Source: an uncultured cyanobacterium
GTDB taxonomy: Bacteria > Cyanobacteriota > Cyanobacteriia > Phormidesmidales > Phormidesmidaceae
Assembly (NCBI GenBank): GCA_963793265.1
Contig: CAWBZI010000006.1
Span: forward strand, 32,001-96,000
Reading direction: 5' to 3'
DNA length: 64,000 nt
The notes beneath the pieces are model-generated. The model was not told where the DNA came from. It saw only the letters and a list, made by a program, of their open reading frames with translations, and searched no databases. The translations under genes and the position numbers were made by a program. Below, piece after piece: positions 58,427 through 64,000 of this stretch. Each line of letters opens with the position of its first letter. The first letter of the stretch is position 1.

Positions 58427-58927
58427 TTATTGAGCAAGATCGGCCTGGCAAGTCGCTAGAATTTCATGATCTTGCGCACTGAGGTCTGAGATTCGGTGGA
58501 AGCCTTCGAGCGTGTAAGCGCCTGCCCCTCCACCTGCTACTAAAGAATCACTTATGGTCATCGCTACCGCGTAGGGATAAGCAGTTTGCTCGTAGCTATC
58601 AATTACGTTTGCAGCTAAGCGGTCAGGGAAAACCTCTGCGGTGAAGCAGTCGAACGAAGAGTGTGGCTGGTAAAACGCACCGATAGCTTGATCGCCTTCG
58701 ACAGAAAGAACAGCATAGGCAGAACCTACTTCATTTGGGTTGGGGCTTTGGCCAAACAGGTAAGTGCCATCTTCTAAAACAGTTCGAGCCTCGCTTTTTG
58801 AAAGCCCTTCATTGAAAGATTCTTGAGCCGAGCTTATTCCAGGAAAGGCAATACCGATAGCTGCCAGCGCTATAAAAGAAGCTGTGGTTAGCTGAACTCG
58901 AATGGATGCACGCTTTGAAAAGATCAT
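58427..58927 (-). CDS. Conserved cyanobacterial exported hypothetical protein
   Basis: Signal-peptide-like N-terminus; DGTYLFGQSP.P..G..Y.V...GAFY.P.SSFDCF. Confidence 0.75.
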   Translation of the reverse strand: MIFSKRASIRVQLTTASFIALAAIGIAFPGISSAQESFNEGLSKSEARTVLEDGTYLFGQSPNPNEVGSAYAVLSVEGDQAIGAFYQPHSSFDCFTAEVFPDRLAANVIDSYEQTAYPYAVAMTISDSLVAGGGAGAYTLEGFHRISDLSAQDHEILATCQADLAQ

Positions 58928-59303
58928 GGGTTTGGCTCGCTGTTTAGCTGTTGATTAGAGAGGTAAGAGGACTGGGACTATGCGTAAGGAAAGGTTAGAG
59001 ATTGACTCGAATCTGGTTAGGCAATGAGGTCGATACGAAGGAGTAATACTTAATAAAGACCAATAACTGCAAATATTTTCGATGATTCGGGGTCGGTATT
59101 AGTAGCTAACAGTTTGATAAGCCAATCTTTCGGTGAAAAAGCAGGGATACGTAAGTATGTGCATATTTATTTTGTATCGCGCTTCTTGATGCGTTGTCTC
59201 ATAAACATAACGATCCTTCATTGATGGACACATCTGTTAGTAGTAGTGATTTGCGCAAGCTGAAAGAAATAGATTTGAAACAGAGGATGGAGACATTGGT
59301 GCG

Positions 59304-61034
59304 ATGAAGAACCAGCAGGCGTTACAGCAGAAATTGATTAGCCTCGAAGGGCGTAGTTATCGGGAATACAAAGGTGTTAAGGGTGATTACGAATTTTCTA
59401 GTTTTGAACTAACAGTTGATTATGTTCAGGGCGATCCTTTTGCTGCGCCTAGTCGAATCCGAGTCAGGTTGAGTCAGAAGGTTGCTGGTTTTCCGCCTGA
59501 GTGGATGAATGATTATGGTTCGCAGGTGGCGATCGCTGATTACGTAAATAGACAAGTCGCTCAAGTGGCCCAGCAGTTAGTAAAAAAAAGGGGTTCTGGG
59601 AAAAGCGGCAATATTGATATATCACCCCCCAGTCAAGCTATTCTGCGGCGTACAGCTATTTGGATGGATGAGGGCGGTGTAGAGGCCAGGCTGACAGTTG
59701 GGCTACCGGCTGTGGGCAGGCGAATTGCAGGAAAAGCAGCAGCGGATTTGCTGTGTGGCGATATTCCTCAACTGGTAGCTCGTGCGCTGAAGTATGCGGC
59801 ACTAGATTCAGCGGCGCTGACAGATCACGTACAGACTTTTCAAGATTCAGAAGCGCTTAGAAGTCAACTTGAGCCAAACGGGTTAATTGCCTTTGTAGCC
59901 GCTGACGCTTATCTGCCTCGCCGCAGTGGTATCGACGAGCGCCCATTAATAGAAGAGGCTGAGCCCTTCATTCCACCTGCTGATGGCAGCATTGGGCTAT
60001 CAACCCCTCATAGCGGTTTGGTGAGAGGGCTTGGCATTCGTGAAGGGGTGACGCTAATTGTGGGTGGTGGCTATCACGGAAAATCGACGCTGCTGAAGGC
60101 GATCGCACAAGGAATTTACAACCACGTGCCAGGCGACGGACGACAGCAGGTAGTCACCCATTCAGGCGCAGTAAAACTACGAGCTGAAGACGGACGTAGC
60201 GTAGTCGGTGTAGATATTTCTCCGTCAATTAACCATCTACCAAAAGGCCGTTCGTCTAAAAACTTTTCGACTACCAACGCCAGCGGCAGCACGTCTCAGG
60301 CGGCGAGCTTGATGGAAGCGATAGAAGCAGGCGCAAGGGTCATTTTGATTGATGAAGACACGGCGGCGACGAATTTTATGATTCGCGATCGCAACATGCA
60401 GGCACTCATCACCAAAGACAAAGAGCCCATCACACCGTTCATAGATAAAGTTCGTCAGCTATACGACGACTATGGAATTTCAACCATTTTGGTCATGGGC
60501 GGCAGCGGCGATTATTTTTCGGTTGCCGATACGGTAATTGCGATAGAAGACTATCAGCCTCGAATCGTAACGGAAGAGGCTAAGGTGATCGCGCAGGCAA
60601 ACGATAGTCCCAGAAAGTCTGAAGGCTCCTCACACTTTGGGAAAGTTGCGCAGAGGGCAGTTTTGAGAGATAGCTTGCCGGTTGAAAAGGATGGGCGACA
60701 GCTCAAAATTAGAGCACGCTTGGATTCGCTAAGGATGGGGTATGAAGAGATAGATTTGCGAGCCCTTGAGCAGATTGTAGAGGTTACTCAAGTGAAAGCG
60801 ATCGCCCAAGCCATCCTTTACGCTCAGCAGTACTACTTTGACGGGCAGCGATCTTTAAGCCAGATAATCGACTGCGTGATGGAAGATATCAAGCACGGCG
60901 AACTAGACGCCTTAGCCCTTGGAATTAATCCTGATAGACCGCAAATTTTGGGCGATCTTGCTGAATTTCGCCGCTTTGAGCTAGGCGCAGCAATAAACCG
61001 GCTTAGAACATTGAAAACTAAGCCGATTTCGTAG
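59304..61034 (+). CDS. ABC-class ATPase domain protein
   Basis: VQGDPFAAPS, GGGYHGKST, NASGSTSQAA, IDEDTAATNFM, AAINRLR. Confidence 0.88.
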   Translation: MKNQQALQQKLISLEGRSYREYKGVKGDYEFSSFELTVDYVQGDPFAAPSRIRVRLSQKVAGFPPEWMNDYGSQVAIADYVNRQVAQVAQQLVKKRGSGKSGNIDISPPSQAILRRTAIWMDEGGVEARLTVGLPAVGRRIAGKAAADLLCGDIPQLVARALKYAALDSAALTDHVQTFQDSEALRSQLEPNGLIAFVAADAYLPRRSGIDERPLIEEAEPFIPPADGSIGLSTPHSGLVRGLGIREGVTLIVGGGYHGKSTLLKAIAQGIYNHVPGDGRQQVVTHSGAVKLRAEDGRSVVGVDISPSINHLPKGRSSKNFSTTNASGSTSQAASLMEAIEAGARVILIDEDTAATNFMIRDRNMQALITKDKEPITPFIDKVRQLYDDYGISTILVMGGSGDYFSVADTVIAIEDYQPRIVTEEAKVIAQANDSPRKSEGSSHFGKVAQRAVLRDSLPVEKDGRQLKIRARLDSLRMGYEEIDLRALEQIVEVTQVKAIAQAILYAQQYYFDGQRSLSQIIDCVMEDIKHGELDALALGINPDRPQILGDLAEFRRFELGAAINRLRTLKTKPIS

Positions 61035-61142
61035 CATCTGCTAATAAAACGCCGCAATCAAATTAAGAACTTATTAAACTGGTATCCATTTTGTAGCGTC
61101 ATCGATACAGTGTAGGCAAGATACCTCCTAACTGCGTCTCTG

Positions 61143-61187
61143 GCTCCACCTTTGTTCCTTATGGTTGAAATAGGTGGAGCTTTTTTT
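61143..61187. terminator. Terminator between convergent genes
   Basis: GCTCCACCT / AGGTGGAGC stem followed by a T run. Confidence 0.65.
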
Positions 61188-61190
61188 GCC

Positions 61191-62279
61191 TTAGAATGCG
61201 CCTTCAGCCGCATCTCGCTGAGCCTTGCACTGCTCAGCCGTAGAAATACCTTCTGCTACGCACCCTTCCCAAGTAATTTGCTTTACCAAAGAGGTTGGAA
61301 GCTGGCTGGAATAATCTAGCGCCTTGTCAAACAAAGCGGCGCTATCAGCTTGAGCGCCTTGCTTAGCGAGGAGTTGAGCCTTTAGGTATAGCAGTTCAGG
61401 ATTTGTTGGGGCAGCAGCGATCGCCTGATCTACAGCTACAATTGCCTGGTCAATATTCTCTAAATCACGATAGCCAATTGCTATGCCTCGCTGAGTTAGA
61501 TACGTTGGGCTCCCGTATTGGTTCATACGGTTAATAGATTCTTGTGGATTAGAGAACGGCAGGTTCACCGCTAGCATCAAATCCATATAGCCTTTCACCA
61601 AGTTCAGCTCAGGGTCAGTCGGGTCGATACTCTCAGCTTCGTCTAGCTCGTTAAACACCTGCTGCAACATGCCGAGCGCTGTCGGTGTTCCTCTTGCAAC
61701 GCCCTGCGTTTTCATTACATGAGCACCTTCTAAAAACACACCGACAGCTGAGTACAAATGGCCTCGTAGTGGATCGGCAGCTTTTAGGGCTTCAGCAGTG
61801 GTTTGAGTGGCGATCGCACTATCATAAACCCCAGCAAAGTCATTATCGAGATAAGCCATAGACGCCTTCATAGCGTGAATCAAAGGCTCATCAGATTCAG
61901 TCGCCTCGGCCTGGTCTATATAGTCACGAGCGCTTGTATAATCGCCGTCTTTAAAGATGGCCTTAAAAGCACTTTCGGTCAATGGCCCGATATCATGAGA
62001 AGCCGTTGGAGTGTTTGCTCTAAATGGATCGGCGGCAAAGGTGGGCAGCGCCGTACCGATACTGAGGCTTAAAGCCATTAGGCCGCTCCCCAGTCGGATG
62101 GCAAGCTTTCGCCTACGTGAAGTAAAAATACGGTTTGGGCGTTGAAGTGACGACATCGTGTGAGGAGGTTGAAAGGTCATCGCAAGGAGGATTAAACGAT
62201 ACAGAAACGGAGTGTGCCCATCAAGTTTGATAGATGTATGCCGCATCGGATAAAAGCAGCACGTAACTGGGTAGACCAT
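61191..62279 (-). CDS. Sll0314/Alr1548 family TPR protein (true start probably downstream)
   Basis: ADPFR, DPLRGHLY.AVG.FLEG, DPELNL.KGYMDLMLAVNLPFS. Confidence 0.8.
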   Translation of the reverse strand: MVYPVTCCFYPMRHTSIKLDGHTPFLYRLILLAMTFQPPHTMSSLQRPNRIFTSRRRKLAIRLGSGLMALSLSIGTALPTFAADPFRANTPTASHDIGPLTESAFKAIFKDGDYTSARDYIDQAEATESDEPLIHAMKASMAYLDNDFAGVYDSAIATQTTAEALKAADPLRGHLYSAVGVFLEGAHVMKTQGVARGTPTALGMLQQVFNELDEAESIDPTDPELNLVKGYMDLMLAVNLPFSNPQESINRMNQYGSPTYLTQRGIAIGYRDLENIDQAIVAVDQAIAAAPTNPELLYLKAQLLAKQGAQADSAALFDKALDYSSQLPTSLVKQITWEGCVAEGISTAEQCKAQRDAAEGAF

Positions 62280-62441
62280 CTCCGGCTAAAGTATAACTAG
62301 CTACTTTTTGAACATCGTTCTAGCTGTGGAGATCTGGTGAGTGGCATAGCCCTAGCGCACAATAAAGACCCTTTGCAGCAAGAAATGTCAGTATCTATAC
62401 ATGATTCACCGCTTTGAATAAAGATTCCGGGGATTTAAATA

Positions 62442-63830
62442 ATGAGCATTATTTTGGCAGGCGATCGCAGCGGCACTGGCAAAACGACGCTCACCTTGGC
62501 CTTACTCGCAGCACTTAAAAAACGCAATCACAGCGTTCAATCATTCAAAGTAGGCCCGGACTACATCGATCCGATGTTCCATGCGGCAATAACGGATCGC
62601 CCATGCTACAACCTCGATCCGGTACTGACCAATGAAGCCTATGTACAGCGGAGCTATCAGAGCCATTGCGCAGGTGCAAGCTATGCGGTGATAGAAGGCG
62701 TGATGGGCCTTTTTGATGGGGCGACGGGCGTTGATGATATGGCGAGTACAGCGCATATTGCTCGACTGCTTGGACTGCCGGTTTTGCTGGTGGTAGATGC
62801 GCAGCGGATGTCGCGATCGCTAGCTGCTTTGGTGAAGGGCTACCGTGAGTTTGATTCGCGCGTGAACGTAGTCGGGGTGGTTTTGAACCGGGTGGGGAGC
62901 GATCGCCATCTTCAACTTCTCAGTGACGCCCTTGCTGCCATCGATATGCCAATCTTCGGTGTTTTTAGACGCGAGAAAGACATCCAGTTACCAGATCGTC
63001 ACCTTGGCTTAGTGCCTACCGCAGAGATCGGTGGGTTTCATGAGATCGCTGAGAAGCTCGCGGTATTAGGAGAGCGCTGCTTTGATTGGGAAAAGCTAGA
63101 AAAGCTAGCGCTCAATACCACTCAAGGCGATCATCAAGTAGATAAGTCTTCTCAAAATCAGCGCGATCACAAGAAAGTGAGGATCGCGGTCGCCAAAGAT
63201 TTAGCCTTCAGTTTTTATTACGCTGACAATCTTGAAGCCCTCGTCGAACAGGGAGCTGAGCTAGTTGATTGGAGCCCGCTTGAAGACGAAAAACTGCCTG
63301 ATGTTGAAGGGCTCTACTTTGGCGGCGGTTTTCCCGAAGTTTTTGCTGGGCAGCTTGCGGCAAACAAACAGATGAGAGGGTGTGTTCGTAGTGCGATCAC
63401 CAAAGGAATGCCAACCTATGCAGAGTGCGGCGGACTGATGTATTTGAGCGATACGCTGATAGATTTTGATGGACGCCCCTGGCCTATGGTGGGCGCGATT
63501 TCACAGACGGTCAAGATGGGAGGACGGCTTGCTTTAGGCTATCGAAAAGCTTTGGCAGTGCAGGACGGGCTGCTGCTTGCAAAAGGAAAAACTGTTGTCG
63601 GCCATGAGTTTCATAGATCTGCTGTGGTAGAAACTTTGGGCAAACCTATTTACGAAACTCAGCGGTATTGGGGAGAGGCACAAGCCGCGAAGGCTGAAGG
63701 GTATTGCGTGGGGAATCTGCACGCTTCTTATGTGCATTTGGGGTGGGGCGATCGCCCCGACATCTCCCAGCGCTTCATTCAAAACTGTGCACGGTTCAAA
63801 GAAGCCGCTAGCTCACGACCTCCTTTATAG
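62442..63830 (+). CDS. cobB: Cobyrinate a,c-diamide synthase
   Basis: SGTGKTT, FKVGPDYID, EGVMGLFDG, RHLGL, AECGG, GHEFH. Confidence 0.95.
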   Translation: MSIILAGDRSGTGKTTLTLALLAALKKRNHSVQSFKVGPDYIDPMFHAAITDRPCYNLDPVLTNEAYVQRSYQSHCAGASYAVIEGVMGLFDGATGVDDMASTAHIARLLGLPVLLVVDAQRMSRSLAALVKGYREFDSRVNVVGVVLNRVGSDRHLQLLSDALAAIDMPIFGVFRREKDIQLPDRHLGLVPTAEIGGFHEIAEKLAVLGERCFDWEKLEKLALNTTQGDHQVDKSSQNQRDHKKVRIAVAKDLAFSFYYADNLEALVEQGAELVDWSPLEDEKLPDVEGLYFGGGFPEVFAGQLAANKQMRGCVRSAITKGMPTYAECGGLMYLSDTLIDFDGRPWPMVGAISQTVKMGGRLALGYRKALAVQDGLLLAKGKTVVGHEFHRSAVVETLGKPIYETQRYWGEAQAAKAEGYCVGNLHASYVHLGWGDRPDISQRFIQNCARFKEAASSRPPL

Positions 63831-64000
63831 CGTCCTTAGCTTCGTCATACTTATACGAAAACCCAGACGCTTGCGTTCGCTCTGGCAGCACCTTTTGCCC
63901 TTTGAGCACCACAACAGCCCCGTCACCCAGCAAAGCCTCAATTGCAAAATCAGGTACAGGTAGCCAAGAAGGCCGATCAATCACTTCGCCCAAAGTTTGG
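63808..64000 (-). CDS. TIGR01777 family oxidoreductase (ThyD-like), 3' end only
   Basis: RPSWLPVP.FA.EALLGDGA.VVL.GQKVLP. Confidence 0.8.
   Translation of the reverse strand, partial: QTLGEVIDRPSWLPVPDFAIEALLGDGAVVVLKGQKVLPERTQASGFSYKYDEAKDAIKEVVS

Overview
Chromosomal window from a cyanobacterium. Evidence: about 60 HIP1 GCGATCGC sites by eye, petF, bvdR, cugP, ycf46/ycf35 and a cyanobacterial rRNA operon; a Leptolyngbya/Phormidesmis-like lineage is a guess only. Most genes are housekeeping: frmAB, dacB, recJ, nadA, comB, recQ, glyQ, comEC, a clpC paralogue, cobB, a 16S-tRNA(Ile)-tRNA(Ala)-23S-5S operon on the minus strand, two tRNA-Ser genes and an IS630 element. An accessory island with no canonical HIP1 (about 11.7-17.4 kb) holds a small protein behind a ~250-nt multi-hairpin leader, a Uma2 nuclease, a decayed hicAB, a mosaic NACHT-HEAT (NLR-like) protein and a relBE-like pair. 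Features missing from the ORF track: a yiaAB gene, hicAB, relE, a DUF4278 microprotein with a glutamine riboswitch and NtcA site, and an NrtR box at nadA. The most striking unexplained pattern is that strand composition flips at HIP1 sites, G-rich 5' and C-rich 3', regardless of gene direction. Many single-base indels at 16.6-24 kb look like assembly errors, not biology.
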